Shown: piece after piece, positions 5,462 to 5,577 of the stretch | Layout: each line of letters begins with the position of its first letter | How positions within the stretch are numbered: position 1 is the stretch's first letter | Assembly: GCA_032249095.1 (NCBI GenBank) | Contig: JAVVGN010000110.1 | Span: 1 to 5,577 of the forward strand | Direction of reading: 5' to 3' | From: Candidatus Caldarchaeales archaeon | Lineage (GTDB): Archaea > Thermoproteota > Nitrososphaeria_A > Caldarchaeales > Calditenuaceae | DNA: 5,577 nt | Position numbers and translations under genes: made by a program | Notes under the pieces: generated by a model | What the model saw: only the letters and a program-made list of their open reading frames with translations | Database searches by the model: none | What the model was told of the DNA's origin: nothing

Positions 5462-5577
5462 CTACACCTCCTCGTTCTGTGTCTTTATCTCGTATGGCCT
5501 CGCCACTATGTGGAACCTCTCTACCTGCTCCCTCTCTAGGACTGTCGAGTTGAGTGGTGGTAGGTGGTAGATTCTCG
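5462..5577 (-). CDS. C-terminal end of an unidentified upstream gene (window-truncated)
   Basis: The minus-strand frame is open from the window edge and reads RIYHLPPLNSTVLEREQVERFHIVARPYEIKTQNEEV* with TAG at 5462-5464. The composition is protein-like but I recognise no family. It is too short to appear in the ORF track. Confidence 0.35.
   Translation of the reverse strand, partial: RIYHLPPLNSTVLEREQVERFHIVARPYEIKTQNEEV

Noticed and set aside
4893-5570. Plus-strand ORFs 4893-5168, 5172-5357 and 5367-5570
   Set aside because: They are antisense to the LAGLIDADG gene and the upstream minus-strand ORF, with Ser/Leu/Thr-rich shadow translations.
4445-5577. Possibility that the tRNA-adjacent elements are SSV-type or tyrosine-integrase integrated elements with att sites in the tRNA
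   Set aside because: The protein carries LAGLIDADG motifs, not an R...HxxR...Y recombinase signature. I found no duplicated tRNA 3' half (direct repeat) at the distal end of any copy: 5459-5577 and 3030-3270 were checked by eye. The elements are only about 0.9 kb.
1-5577. CRISPR arrays, IS elements with terminal inverted repeats, toxin-antitoxin pairs and defence genes
   Set aside because: There are no regularly spaced direct repeats, no transposase- or integrase-like ORFs, and no small paired ORFs. The only repeats are the three LAGLIDADG 3' modules.

Overview
Archaeal-looking chromosomal segment: A/T-rich TATA boxes about 27 nt upstream of leaderless or short-leader starts, a GGAGGTG-type Shine-Dalgarno, a mevalonate kinase gene, and GC-clamped intron-less tRNAs. 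Housekeeping content is an SCP2-like protein (361-708, -), argininosuccinate synthase argG (815-2011, +), mevalonate kinase (2008-2988, -) and a single-EamA-domain membrane protein (3970-4398, +). There are three tRNA genes: tRNA-Met/Ile2(CAT) 114-190 (-), tRNA-Gly(TCC) 3625-3699 (-) and tRNA-Thr(GGT) 4477-4550 (+). The unusual feature is that each tRNA gene is abutted tail-to-tail, on the opposite strand, by the 3' end of a member of one paralogous gene family. The family encodes an N-terminal HTH domain plus a two-motif (monomeric, I-DmoI-like D/E) LAGLIDADG homing-endonuclease domain. One copy is full length (4445/4551-5458, -), one is a C-terminal remnant (about 3271-3621, +), and one is cut by the left window edge (1-110, +). 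All three share a conserved C-rich 25-27 nt core and a TAACTAA heptamer placed exactly 3 nt from the tRNA 3' end. I read this as a free-standing homing-endonuclease-type selfish element family that targets, or is retained at, tRNA gene 3' flanks, seen here at different stages of decay. That reading is inference and needs genome-wide and biochemical tests. No CRISPR, rRNA, IS/transposase, integrase or recognisable defence genes were seen.
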